From positions 338,396,001-338,460,000 of the forward strand of contig NC_067400.1 in the NCBI RefSeq assembly GCF_016432865.1: a stretch of DNA of 64,000 bases, given 5' to 3'. The position numbers and the translations under genes are program-made. How positions within the stretch are numbered: the stretch's first letter is position 1; every line of letters begins with the position of its first letter. Below are positions 21,760-35,139 of the stretch, piece by piece. Below the pieces are notes generated by a model, which worked only from the letters and a program-made list of their open reading frames with translations, searched no databases and was not told where the DNA came from. The DNA comes from Antechinus flavipes (lineage: Eukaryota).

Positions 21760-22090
21760 AGGTCACCTCTGGAGAATTGTGCCCACTTTTGGCATCAAAA
21801 TTTAAGAGGAGCATTGAAAGATTAATTCAGGTAATCCATAAGATATTCCATCAATCATTTATACTTAATGTGTTACAAGTCTCTTCTGGAAACCTATAGG
21901 AACCTTAGCAAAGTGGCCCTAAACGAATAGGAGATTTTATGTCACGGAAGAAGTAAGTGTAAATGAAAGGGAGATAGATCCCTTTAGTAAGTAAAAGGGG
22001 ACAAGCAAGGGTGTCACACAACAGAATAAATAGCATAAAAGACCTAGAAGGCAATGGTTCCCTCACTGGAGGTGTTCTAGTAGAAATGAC
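21760..22090 (+). mobile_element. CR1/L3 LINE fragments
   Basis: gtcacctctggagaattgtgcccacttttggcatcaaaatttaagaggagcattga and ggttccctcactggaggtgttc. Confidence 0.5.
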
Positions 22091-22419
22091 AAAGCTACTC
22101 TTCAAAAGAAGAATTCACTCATCAGACAGGAAGTTGAAAAGACCTCTCAGATGCTTTTGCTGAAATTTTATGAGCACAGTGGGGAAGGACAAAGAATTCC
22201 AAGGGAGAGCTAGAAAACAAACCTGCAAATTTCCAGATTTCTTTAAGGGCTGGCGCAGGATTTCTGACACTAGGGACTTTTGCTCTAAAGCTGGCATCAG
22301 AGTTGTTGCTATAAACTTTGAGGGCCTATTAGCCTGGGCCCCCTATTAGCCTGGGTACCTTCCAATCAAATTCACAACCAAAAGGGTTCCATAATGTTCA
22401 AAGAAGAGGTACTTTGAAA

Positions 22420-22750
22420 ATCAGGTTAAATATAAAGGATAAAAGAAGAAAGATGTTATCTGCATCCAGAGAAAGAACTGATAAATAAAAGTGTATATAG
22501 AATAATTGAACAAATGTTGTATGTGTGGATATACATATATACATACCTATTTGTGTCTAATGAAAACCATCTCAAAATGAGGGGGTAAAAAAAAAGAAAA
22601 ATGTATATGATAATTTTATTGTACATTCAAAGGAATAGCAAGTTGCACATATTAGATTCGTAGTTTCATTATAATCATCTTTTATTGTACTTTGTTACGT
22701 AAAAATGCTTGTCTTATTCCATAAATTAAAAATAATTTTTTTAAAGAAAA
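22420..22750 (+). mobile_element. Marsupial L1 3'UTR
   Basis: tatctgcatccagagaaagaactgataaataaaag...atcatctttttattgtactttgtt; same subfamily as 54420-54680. Confidence 0.7.
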
Positions 22751-23504
22751 AAGGAAAATCAGGTTCAGTGTCTATGCCATACCCAGGATAGTTTGAGATT
22801 ACCTTCCCCTCTCTTGAAAGGGACAATGAATAGGAGTAGATGTACCTCTAAATCTATTTCCCAGCCTATGTCTGAGTGCTCTAAACTGAGGATCCCTCTA
22901 TTTTGATGCTCAAATCTCAACCCGTTAGTTCATCAATAAAAGCTTATACTACTCTCAGTTTTTCAATCCCTTACCCCCTATTATATCATTTCTAACCCCC
23001 ACCAAACCCACAAACCTGTGTTTCTCCCACCCTCTACCTTTTCAATTTTTGTTCTTCTGGTATTGAATACAATTGGAAAAAGTCACAGAACAATGCTAAC
23101 CAGGTCTACCATAAATTACATTATCCAATATCAACTGAACCCTCACTGTTAGCCTGCCAAAACTTTGACTCTATCCTCCCAAAGTAGTTATTCCAAACTT
23201 TCTCTTCTCTTTCCAAGTACTTACTCTATCATCTTTCCCCTCCATAACAACAGAAAACTTTAATTAAAATTTCAAATCCCCTTTCCCTTTACTCCAATGT
23301 TGTAAAGTCCTTTCTCATTGCCAAATCCAGCCTCTTTACTTATATATTTAATCCCATTTCCTCTTATATCTTCCAGGAATTTCCCCCTTCCATCATCACT
23401 ATACTTCTCCCCTCACTTCAAGTCTTTGCTTCTCCAGTTACTGGACTTACATGCTGTCTTCAAACATACCTATTATTTCCATAACTTAAAAAAAATCTAT
23501 TTCT

Positions 23505-24010
23505 TGAAACTGAAAATTGAGGGTATGCCCATCAATTGAGGAATGAACAAGTTGTGATTATGGTGAAATTCTATTGTGCTGTAAGAAATGATGCGCCGGA
23601 TGATTTCAGAAAAGTCTTAGGAGACTTACATGAACTGATGCAAAATGAAATGATCAGAAGCAGGAAAGTATTGTACATAGTATTAATAATATTGAAAGGA
23701 TAATCCACTGTGAAAAACATAGCCACTCTAATCAATACAATAATCCAAGACAATTCCAAAGGACATGATAAAAAACACTATTCACATTAATTAATTCTGA
23801 GTGCAGATTGAAGCATATTTTTCCACTTTATTTTTCTTGCTTTATTTATAATATGACTAATATGGAAATATATTTTGCATGATTTTACATCTATAATTGA
23901 TATCATATTACTCGCCTTCTCAATTGGAAGAGTAGAGGCAGACAAGAAGTAAAGAATTTGGAATCCAAAATTTTAAAAACTTAATTTTAAAATAAACAAA
24001 GCATATTTTT
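23505..24010 (+). mobile_element. L1 3' end
   Basis: gggtatgcccatcaattgaggaatgaacaagttg, ttacatgaactgatgcaaaatgaaatgatcagaagcagg, A-rich tail. Confidence 0.85.
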
Positions 24011-24659
24011 AAAAAAATACTTTCATTTGACCCTACCATTTCCTTATGTTACTGTCCTGTATCTCTCAATCATTTCAAAGCCAAATTCCTGGGGGGGAAA
24101 TGCCTTATCTTCTCTGCTTCTACTTTATCACATCCCACCACTTGTCAATACCTTGCAATCTGACATCTATTCTCCCTACTTAATTGAAACAACTTTCTCC
24201 AACTATTTCTTAATTCTGCACTGAATAGTCTTTTCTTAGTCCTCATGCTTTACCTTCCTTCAACATTTAATATTTCTTACCACCACCCCTTCTTTCTGAA
24301 TACTACCTACTTCCATATTTTCATATCATTGTTTTCTCCTGATTTTTCTTCTATCAGTCTAGGTACTTCTTAGGCCATTTGCAGTAGCAGCATGCACACT
24401 CTACTCCTAAATATGGTTATTTCCCAGGGCATTGTCCTTAATACTCTTTATCATCTCTCAAATTCAACTTATTTAAAACAGAACTCTTGTCATTCCGCTT
24501 AAACTTCCCTTCTTCCTTATTCCCATTTTTCTATTAAGGCTATCTCCTAAAACTCCAGGTTCCAAACATAAGTAAGAATAACCCTTGACTCTCATTCACC
24601 ATATTCCAATATACTATCACTTGCCAAGTCATTTGATATTTCCTAATATTTTCATATAT

Positions 24660-25110
24660 ATTCTTTTCTTTTTTTCTCTAAAATTTTTATTTATTTTTAA
24701 TCTATGGAATAAAAAGTTCCATAAAAATAGCATAATAAAAAAGATTATTGAACTTGAAACTGATTATATACAACTTGCTATTCATTTTAATATATAATAA
24801 AGTTATATACATTTCTTTTTCTCCCTTTTTTCCTCTCCCCCACACTAGAGATGGTCACCATTAAACACAAACATATATATGTCTGTAGTTGTGTTATGTG
24901 AGTAAAATCATCTTCTACATATTTTTTAATCAGTGCTTTTTCTAGATGCAGGTAGCATATTCCTTCATAGGTCTTTTGTAGTTAATTTGGATATTTATAC
25001 TAATCAAAATGACTTAGTCACTCAAAGTTGTTAAACAATATTGCTGTTATTGTATACAACATTCTCTTGGTTCTGCTCATTTTGCTCTTCATTATTTCAT
25101 GCAAGTCCAT
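24660..25110 (-). mobile_element. L1 3'UTR
   Basis: Antisense L1 end: aaacaatattgctgttattgtatacaacattctcttggttctgctcattttgctcttcatt. Confidence 0.75.
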
Positions 25111-27299
25111 CATTTCATGTAGCATCCTTTTTCTTTTATCATACCACAACCAACCTACTCCAGACTCTCACAACTTCTCATTTGCATTACTGCAAAAGGT
25201 TTCTGATGTCCCAAACTCATTTCTCTTCTCTCTAATCCTGCTTCTGTATAGCCACCAAATTAATATTCCCAAAGCACATATCTGACTATGTTATTTCTCT
25301 GCTCGAGAAGCTTCGGTTCCTCTCCATTATGTAAAATAAAATACACTCTTTTTTGCATTTAAAGCCATTCACCTTATGATTTCCCACAGTGAAACACTCT
25401 TCTCTAGCCAGAAGCCCCCTATATTTGTTGCCTTCCAGCTTGAGAACACAAGAAACTCTTTCAGGACTGGGACTGTCTTCCTTTTGTATTTTTATCTCCA
25501 CAGTTTAGTGCAATACTTGGAACAAAATAAGATCTTAGTAAATGCCTTCTCAATCATTCTCAATTTGTAAAGATAAAGAGGGAGTGTATTCTAGAAGTAG
25601 GGGACAGCCAGAACAAATGCACAGAGATGGGAGATAGAGTTTCCTATATGAACTAGTAAGCATGTCAGTCTTGCTGGACTTTGAAGAAAAGAAAGGGGTA
25701 ATGTGTGATTAAATTCAATCAGTAGAATGTAAATCTCCCAATGATATGGATTGTTTCCCTCAGGCCTTTTTAATTCCAATACTCTACACATAGTAGGAGT
25801 AGTAGGTGCTTAATTAATGTTTGGATTGAAATTGAATTGGTGAATGGTGAAGAAGTCATTATTAAATTTTCAGCTCAGTTTTCACTTTTCCAATGTAACC
25901 AATTCTATTTCCTCTTCTCCTCTTTTCCCAGGTCCTGCCTTCCAATCCTTTAATCATCTTTGTGGGCATTTGGAGTTGTGAGGGTAAAAAAAAGTAAAAA
26001 AAAAAAAAAAAAAACTTTCAAATGTTTCTTATTTTACTGTATTCCTCAGTCCAACCACTGAAGTCAAATATTTATCCAAAATGTGTTGTGCTGAATTACT
26101 GGCTCTGGAGCCAATTCTGGCCAAGTTCAGACTCTATCCACAACCCTTGATTACAAGAGCTCCAGCAGAGCTAGAGCTGAAAGGCAGAAAGATGGGCTTG
26201 TCAGCCCCTCAGACCCTTTAAAGGCAGGCAGGAATTATTCATTGTTAATTCTTACCACATGGCAAATTAAATTCTATTTAGCTGGTTTTTAAAATATTTT
26301 CCTCTCTTGATTTAATAAGGACTGGAGCCATGCCATTATTCATAAACAGGCAGAGAAACAAATCAGAATGAGCGGCCGGCTCCCATAAAGTGTTCCATCA
26401 TCTCCCTTCTTCTCAGAAACTCAACTGCACGTCTCAGATTTCACTACCCTGACAGCTCTAAAAGCTATACCATGTTGCTTTTAAAATCTGATTTTGTTTA
26501 CAGTTACAAATAGGACATGATTTTGGTTCAAGACATTTAAATTGGGAATATGATGTGTTTAATCTTGAATGTTTTTTTCTCAGCTCCTGCCCGAATTCCT
26601 TAAAACAATGATGTATAGATGTGTGTATGTAAGGGAAGATGGGGAGAGGAGTGCTGGGAGGAAGAGGTTAAGGGTCCCATCCATCCTAGTTAAAGTATGC
26701 TTTCAGATAACCTATACTCAATACACAGAGGATCTTTCCTACATCAGTCTCACCTTCTGTTTATGTGCGTACATTGTTTATTTTCAAATATAGTAGCTGA
26801 CAGACCAGGTCACCTGGATTATTGCAAGAGCCTCCTACCCTGTCTCCCTTCCTCCTCTAAACCATCTTTCATCCCACATTACCAGGGCACTCTTTCCAAA
26901 GCTTCAGAACTTTCAACAGTTTTCCATTGCCTCCAGGATAAAGGCTAAAACTCTTCTGCCTGGTTTTTCATGCTACTCTTTCACAGATAAATGGTTCTTA
27001 TCTATAAAATATATATATATAATCCTTAAAGACTGAAATTATTTCATTTTTATTTCTATATCCCCAGCACCTAGCAACAGTACCTGACACCTAGTCGGTA
27101 ATAAAAAAAACATGTTGAATTGAATTGAATTGAAAGACTCCATGCAACATTCATCACTTCAATAGCATTCCCTAAGCCTGGCCTTTTGCAGTCATATGAG
27201 ATAACATATATAAAGTGCTTTACCAACTTTAAAGCACAACTTAAATGCTAGCTATTAGTAGTAGTATTATTTCATCAGCCTTTCCTTTTGCCTAAAACA

Positions 27300-27460
27300 T
27301 AAGTTTTCAAACTTTTTGGCCTCAGGATCCTTTTACAATCTTAAAAATATTGAAGACCCCCAAAAGATTTTGTTCATGTGGACTATGTCTATTAATAATT
27401 ATTAAATGAGAAATTAAAACTAATAAAAATTTTAAATTTTTATTAATTCATTTAAAATCT
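27300..27460 (+). mobile_element. hAT-Charlie DNA transposon end
   Basis: tcaaactttttggcctcaggatccttttacaatcttaaaaatattgaagacccccaaaagattttgttcatgtgg. Confidence 0.6.
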
Positions 27461-27924
27461 TCCTTGTTTCCATACATGGTCCATACTTTAACAATCACTA
27501 CTATAATGAACTCTCTCCTAACCTTCTCCTTTCAGAATACTCATCTTCCCTTCAAAACTCAAGTTAGCTATTCTCTCTTTCATAAACCTATCCCTGATCC
27601 CTGTCACCTACACAACAGAAAATATTCCTGCTCAAATATTCCCCTAGTACTTTATCTGTATGTACTTTACCTGTATCCCCTTATCAATATCGTGAAATCC
27701 TTGAAATATCCTCATCTGTTTTTATTCTTTTGAGGGAATTTTAAGATCCTTAAAGGGAGAAATAGTTTTTTTCTTTTTATTCCAGTGCTTAGCACAGTAT
27801 TTTATGGTAAACATTTAACAAATGTTTGTGGAATAAATTATTAAATACCTGGGCACAGGCAAGTATTTTGGCACTTTATTATAAATCTTCTTGTATTGTC
27901 ATATGTTTTATGAGTATATCAGAT

Positions 27925-28720
27925 AAATCAATCAAAAAAAATTATTAAGTACTTACTATATACCTGGCACTGTGCTAAATGCTGGGAGCATGATGGCAAA
28001 ATAACAAGAACCAAAATGCAGTCCCTGCCCTTAAGAAGCTTACAATCTAAAGGAAGAAACAATATGCAAACAGATACGAGGCAACAGAAATAGGAAACTC
28101 TAAACAAAGGAAAAGCATTGGAATTAGGAGGGATTGGGAAAGGCTTCCTATAAAAAGTGAGATTTTAATAAATTTATTTATTTAATATTTTCCCCCAGTT
28201 ACATTTAAAACAATTTGTTTTTAAAACTTTTGAGCTCCAGATTTTCTCCTTCATCCCACCCCTGACCCCATTAAGAAACCACATGTGAAGTTATACAAAA
28301 CAAAAAGTGAGATTTTAATTAAGACTTAAAGGAAACTAGGGAAGTCAGTAGCTAGAGCAGACAGGGAAAGCATTCCATCACAGGGGACAGCCAAAGAGTC
28401 TGAGAGATGGTGTTCTTGCTCATGAACAGCCAGAAGGCCAGTGTCACTGGAACAAAGAGTACATGTCAGGGGTAAGAATACTGGAAAGGTAGGAAGGCGT
28501 TAGGTTATGAATGGCATTTTGTACATGCTCCACAAAGCAGAAGGAAGCCAGTGGAGGTTTTTAAGTGGGGGAAGCAATGTGACATGATCGTGTCTACATT
28601 TTAGGAAAACCATTTTTGTGGCTTAATGTTAGGATAGATTGGAGCAGGGAGAGACTTGGGAAAGGCAGATCTATCACCAAGGTGATGAGGGCCTGCACTA
28701 GAATGTCAACAAGGTCAAAG
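27925..28720 (-). mobile_element. L2 LINE 3' portion
   Basis: attattaagtacttactatatacctggcactgtgctaaatgctggg...cagtccctgcccttaagaagcttacaatcta. Confidence 0.8.
28170..28301 (-). mobile_element. 132-bp 5'-truncated L1 3' end with perfect 18-bp TSD
   Basis: TSD AAAAAGTGAGATTTTAAT at 28152-28169 and 28302-28319; T-rich tail on the left. Confidence 0.85.
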
Positions 28721-31505
28721 GATCATAAAGAACCCCAAGCACGAACCAGGATCACTTTGCACCTAAGTAAGGTAAATGGTCTCTTCAATGGTATGGAACA
28801 CCACAGTTTTTCCTGAAAAGCGCAAGTAGTTTAAGGATGATCTCCCCAATGAAAAATATCTTTTTCTCATTTCACCTATCATATTTTCATTTAACTTGAC
28901 ATATTCCATTGTTATAATACAATAACCCTCCAGGGAAGATTAAGCCTATTAATCATTCACACCTTAATTTCCATCAGTTAATCAGATTGCTATCATTCTC
29001 CACTTTGAAATTTATTTACTTGTAAACATTGACTAAAGAATTAATGACAGGGTGGATAGAGAGAAAGAAAAAAAAATCTCTTAACTTAAATTCCCATAAT
29101 GGAAAAAAATCATCATGACTGTTAAAGACACTTTAAAATAAATACAGAGAGACCAGTGCTTTGATGTTGTCCAGAATGACTAGCAATTTTGTTGCTGGCA
29201 GGTATGCAGAATAAAGACATGATTACAGACAAAAGCTGAGTCTCAAAACCCTAGAATCTTTACCAATCCTTTTTATCATTGCCCCTAGATTTATCTCTAT
29301 GGCTTCCAGGTCCACTCTAGAGCACTGACAGGAACTTCATCACCCCTACTTATGCACATGCCTCCTTTGAAGTTTTAAGTAGAGTCCCCAAAATTATTTG
29401 AATGGACACAGCTTGGTGATCAGGGTAGGAAGTCAAAAGTAATCTTTTCTCAGGGATTTCAAGTAATATCCAGACAAAAGTAAGTCAAAAAAAATCAACT
29501 TTATCTTAGACTGGAGTTTCTGCTGGCTTTTGAGGTAGTTTTGATTTATCAGAAAGAATGCTATAAATGAAGTCATTAAAATCTGGGTTCTAAGAGACAA
29601 AGATGGAAACTCCAAAGCATTCTTTTTCTATGAACCAGTTGCCTCCCCTTTGTACAACTCAAAAATAATAAGTATTATCCAGTGAAAGGTGCAGGAAGCA
29701 GCTCTAACATATTCCAATTCTATGATCATGCATAAATCACAACCTCTTTGTATTTCCATTTCTTCATCTATAAAATGGGGACAGCAATATCTATTTCAAT
29801 TATTCACACCATAGTTGTGAAATTAAACAAGAACTCCTATAAAACATTTTGCAGACCTTACAATACTATATTAATTTAGATTTTATTTTGTTGGCTGATT
29901 TGTTGAGTGTGATAGTTCATAGCTTTATTTAGTCTATTACTAAAAAGAGATTTAACCATCTCTTGACTTCTTTTAATATAATGTAAGGCACTTGAGAGCA
30001 AGAGCTGTTTCATTTTTATCATGTAATTCCTAGAACCTAGCATAGTGCATGACACTCAGGAGCACTTGATAAATGTTATTTGATTGATTAATTGCCAAGA
30101 AGAGACTTGTACCCCCAGCAGACAGTAGCAAAAGGTAACAGATATCTCTGTCGAGTTTGAATAACTGAAGGAATAAAATGACAGACAAGCAGCTCAGTGA
30201 TCACCAGAATAGTGGATATCCCTAACCAAGATCTGAGACTCAAAATCCAGCAAAGAAATTCAGTCAGTATTATGTCAGTAAGTTACTTGGGAGCTCTGTA
30301 ACATTGAGGAATAGGTTGCCCCTGCCACATGTGTGCCTTCCCTGAATGCATCTTTGTCACACTTCATCCTTATATGGATTTTCCTTCATGCATGTTCCCT
30401 GGCAATGCTTGTTTCCTACATGTACTTTCTGTGGGTATCTAATTCTTTGCATGTATGTCTTCCTCATTGTTGGTACTATAATCTTAAAAGAGTGCACTCA
30501 TGCATGGAGTGGGATTTTTCCTTATCACTAAGTTTGCTATGCTATTTGATTACGTGTCTTTTACTTTTAACCTAATATGTTTTGTGGCCTCACACATCAG
30601 GGAAGATTTGTAAGCTGTGGGTCTGAATGAATGCTGCCCTGAAAATTTCTAGGACTCAAAGTAGGGGAATCAGGAGTAGGAACGTGTACTGTTACACAGA
30701 GATGAAAATTATCACTGGATATGAAATTAGAAAGGAGCTCAGAGATTACCTTGTCAGCACTCCCCTCATTTTACCCACAAAGAAATTAGGAGATTAAGCG
30801 ATTTGCTCAAGGTCACGTAAGTAAGCAACAAAGCTAGGTTTCCAGTTCAGGTCTTTGACTGCAATTCTACTTGTTTTACTACACTACAATATTAAATAAT
30901 GAATGTACCTGCTCCCCTTTCTGCCACTACAAGAAAATATATCAAATACACAGGGTAAATAAATCCCTAGCTAAGGAAAAAAGCATTCCCTGAAGATAAT
31001 CAAACAGCCTTACACAAAAAATAACAGCAGCTGGCTTGCTCTTGTCTAAGGAGTCATATCTCTTAGGCTCCTGCCAGGGGCTTTTAATTCGCTTCAAGTT
31101 CTTTGTTCCTGTGATCTCAGGCAGCAATGACCTTGGATTTGGGCCTTCTCCATTCTTTCCCCTCCGGAGTTCCTCGATAAAGGATCCCTACTTCATTAGA
31201 TATAGAAGGGCGAAGGGTAGAGAGCAGCTGGAACTTTGAATGCCTCGTTGTTAGACAGCGATCCTCAGTCAGTACCATTGTCTTCCTTTGCTCTCCCTAA
31301 GCAATGAGCTCCTGAGTATGATTAGTTTCTGGGGATGGGAAATAGAAAGGAAAGGAAATGAAAGCACAGTTGCCTCCCAGAGAGAAAATTGGTACATAAT
31401 GTATCCCACCTCACACTTTCAGGTATGGAAAAAGAAGGGAGAAAAGGATACCAAAATGTGCCCAACATTCAAGGCATAAAATCCGAAATGATAGAAAGGA
31501 GATGG

Positions 31506-31967
31506 CAGAGATTCCTGAATAACATAAAATATCCTCGGCTAGCTATTGTCTCATTTACCCCTTTGTCAGTGTGGTGAAGCCAGACTCCTCGGAATAAAGG
31601 TTTGTATCTGTATTAATGATTAAATGATTAATGATTAAAAGAAATGCTAAATTTCATTTACAGTGAGTAAAAATAAGGATATGTTGTTTTCTTTTCAAGT
31701 TGACAGCCCTCATTAAATTTATCCACAGGGTCTAGTTCAGTGGTTCTCAAACTTTTGTTCTCAGATTCTTCATGTTGTTAAAAAAAAACTATCGAGGATC
31801 TGGTCAAAGAGTTTTTGTTCACTTGGGTTATATTTATGCTATTTATTATATTAGAAATAAAAAATAATTTTGAATTTGTAGACTCTCTGAAAGGGTTTCA
31901 GAGACCCCAACAATTCTTTGAACTACACTTTGAGGATCACTGGAGTTCCTCAGTTTAAGAACCCTTG
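31506..31967 (+). mobile_element. hAT-Charlie-type MITE (outer) hosting a second hAT MITE
   Basis: cccctttgtcagtgtggtgaagcc...caagttgacagccc...[insert]...cagtttaagaacccttg. Confidence 0.55.
31738..31942 (+). mobile_element. hAT-Charlie MITE (inner)
   Basis: TIRs CAGTGGTTCTCAAA ... TTTGAGGATCACTG; left flank GTCTAGTT resembles the hAT nTCTAGAn target. Confidence 0.7.
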
Positions 31968-32745
31968 CCCTACAAAAAGCGATCATAATATGTTTAGAAG
32001 ACAATGAAGAAAGCAGCCTTACTCAAACAAGGAGTTAGTATAAGGGAATAAAGTGAAATACACCCCAAAAAAAGAAATCCCAGCTCTTTCAAAGCCTTGA
32101 TTGCCATTGCCTCAGACTAGTTTAACCTCTCCTAATTCTGCATCCATTGAAGATTTTTCAACTGATAGATGACATAATACAAAGAGTTTTCCAAAATATT
32201 ATTCTAATAACAGATATAGACACTGTTTTGCCCACTCCCTACTCCTTGTATCAAAAGCAAGATTGGTGAATCTTTCTCTAAAGAAGACCAGATGGAATAT
32301 ATAATTTCTTCTTGCTCTGACTTTGGGATATTTCAGGAAGAAGCCTGAGGGTAATTTGTTTAACCATACCTAAATACTCAAGAGAAAGTATGTGGGGTGG
32401 AGGATGGTCTAGGGGAGAACAGCTCCCCTCACCACCACCACCCATATCTATCATACACTCAAGACCCTGGAAATGCAGGGTCTTGCAAGAAATACTGATG
32501 GAAATGCAAATAATTACAAGCTACCAAGTACACTTACTTTAGGGAGAGAGGATCCTGCTTATCCAACATACAAGAAAAAAATCTCTCTTACAATCCCCTG
32601 GAACTCTCTTATTCATGAGGTACGTGGCCAGGGGAACTGATTTACAAAAGAAATCTTCATAAAAATGGAGGTACTCTGAGTTAGAGACCATTGCTGAGTT
32701 ATAACTACACTGGTCAAGACAGACTCTACAGGATATTCTTTTTTC

Positions 32746-33180
32746 TGTAGATAATTTTCCTCCTCCCCCCTACCTTAAAGAAATTAAGTATTCTATATTG
32801 GAGTCAAGGAGAACTTTAGGAAGTGGAGCTCTGGAAGAACTGAGGAGTGGAAATTGCATTGAATAAGCATCTACTGGGAGCTGAGGAGAGCTGCAAGAAG
32901 CAGCACTACAGAGATCAGCAAAACAGACCAGTGACAGAAAAATACCGAGATAGAAGGAGAAACCTCAGCTATCTTGTTTATGGGGCATCTACTGACATCA
33001 CTACAGTGAGTCACTGAGTGTACCAGTCTCTGGCAGAAGGGCTGATCATTGGTGCTCCGTTTTCCATGAGTCTGACATGAGACCTATTCATTTTCAGTAA
33101 TTTGAAAATAAAACTGATCATGTATTGCTTCATAAGTCTCTGTCATTTTTAAGGGAAAATCTATTCTTAGATAGAGACAT
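32746..33180 (+). mobile_element. Possible old solo LTR
   Basis: TG start, GA-rich R-like segment, AATAAA at 33107, then ctgatcatgtattgcttc...ctctgtcatttttaaggg...gaca. No TSD found. Confidence 0.35.
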
Positions 33181-34918
33181 CAGACACCAAATTATCTGTG
33201 TAGGAGCAACAAACAAGAAAAGTAAGAAGTCCCCAAAGTGTATGGGGTCCCTTCATGTCAGGAGGAAATTTCTGACAAAAACACCCATTCTACATGCCAC
33301 TTTTCACGACCAGCTAGTCATACAGGTGTTCCCAATTACAGCAGAGCTGCAGGTACAGAATACCAGCTGTTCCAGCGACGGGATTTTATATGTAGGATAT
33401 ACTCAGGAGACAAATCCTAATTCAGTGATTTTGTTTATAGACTTCCCAACTACTAATCAACGAAAACCCAGGATTTATTAAAGAAACCAAACTATGTCTA
33501 GTATCTTAATAATATCCAAGAAACAACAAGGACAGCCACAACTTTTCTGCCCTATTAATGACTAACTTTTCTCTATGCATAGATGAATAGTTAGGATACA
33601 GCATTCACAGTGGGGATCAACCTGAACTTGACATAACTGAAATTCCATGGATGGCCTCGTTCAAGTCCACTGCTTTACACGTGGAATGCCAAATGGAAGG
33701 GAGTGGGAAGGCATGTCCAGTTTTTTTTTTTTTTTTAAAGAACACACATACAATGGAGGAATTATCCAAATTGTCCACCCAATCTATTACAGAGGGCACA
33801 CATCAGGTTAACATCAGCACTTTCCCTCTTAAAGACTAAAGCAAGGTATGTTTGCTAACTTAAGAATTTGACAATGTTTGTCTGTTGGATTTCTACCTTC
33901 CAATTCTGTCCAGTTTGTCAAAACATCTCACAGAATCCTCAGAAGTTCTTTCATGCACAAAAGAAAGCCCCTAATTTTAAAACAATAGTCCTTTGTGAAA
34001 ACAGTATTGAGTTCTTAATTTCTAATGGTGAATTTTCAAATAGCATGGAAGTCTGATGGAAGAAGAATTCCTAGGAAGAACAATTCTATTCTTAAGTCTT
34101 ATTATTTAAACGACCTTTTATTCAACCTATGCATAAAGTTGATGCTACCTCCAATTTACTTTATTTTCCATAGTTCACCTTCTCTGCCCATTCTTCTCTC
34201 CTTCTCTCTGGAATTCAACTTTAAAAGAAAATGGGTATAGATAGAGGAATATTGAAGCAAAGTGTACAACCTAGCATTTTATTCCCTAGGGTTTTATGTT
34301 AAAAAGCAGATTCAATAACTTCTCAGAGAATAGTGGGGAGTCTCCTAGTTTTATTTAGTTAGTTAAATTAATTCCATTTTAATATTTCCATTAGCCATTT
34401 AATTCATTCTAAAACCTGGCACTGCAAAGTAATAAAATCTTCCAAATATTGACAGACAGAAAAGTAAATGTCACCCAGCTCTAACCATCTGTTTTTCAAC
34501 CAAATTCCTCCAGATAGAGAGCTTGCTATCATAATTTATTTATCCATTAATAATGGGCCTAGTTTTATCATCACTTATTCCCATCCCACAATTAAGAAAA
34601 AGAACGATAGAGTCTTCACTAAGTCAATATCTGTGTTTGGTAAATTTTGAGAATCCATTACTAAAACCTTCTTGGTCAGCAGACTAAGAATGCCCAAAAA
34701 GGCTTAGGAATATAGTAGGTAATGAAGCATAAAATTCAAATAAAAGCACAATGACATTTTTTTCAAGGAATCTATGATCTCATCAACATAGGTACTCCCT
34801 CCAATTATGCAGGTATGATCTCATCCAAGGCTTTTCTATTCTTCATGAATCTCATCAAAATACTTCCACAAATTCTCTCTGGGACATCTATCAACAAGGC
34901 AAGAGTTTTTCCTCTAAA

Positions 34919-35063
34919 TTGGGGATCTTAACCTGGGATCTGTAAACATTTTATTGTTTATTATTATTATTTCAATATAATTCATTTCCTTGAATTTCTA
35001 TGTGCTTTCTTACATTATTCTGAAAGGAATTCATAGTCTTCACCAGACTGTCAAAGAGGTCCA

Positions 35064-35108
<45 letters not shown>

Positions 35109-35120
35109 TAAGAAATTCTG
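34919..35120 (-). mobile_element. hAT-Charlie-type MITE containing a (CA)20 microsatellite at 35065-35104
   Basis: ggggatcttaacctgggatc ... cttcaccagactgtcaaagaggtccat(CA)n aaaattaagaaattctg. Confidence 0.65.
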
Positions 35121-35139
35121 AACTAGATATTATGGTTTC

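Larger units (their letters stand above)
22900..25500 (+). mobile_element. Long degenerate L2, interrupted by two L1 insertions
   Basis: Pyrimidine-rich L2 ORF motifs in order (ccttgcaatctgacatctattctccc, gaaacaactttctccaa, cagccttc.., tctaatcctgcttctgtatagccaccaaattaatattccc, ctccttcaggactggga). Confidence 0.6.

Noticed and set aside
27421-27445. 25-bp AT-only palindrome
   Set aside because: Pure A/T sequence inside a hAT transposon end; expected from composition.
33125-33481. 118-aa plus-strand ORF
   Set aside because: Non-ATG start, overlaps the end of a putative LTR, no recognisable domain or convincing splice pair.
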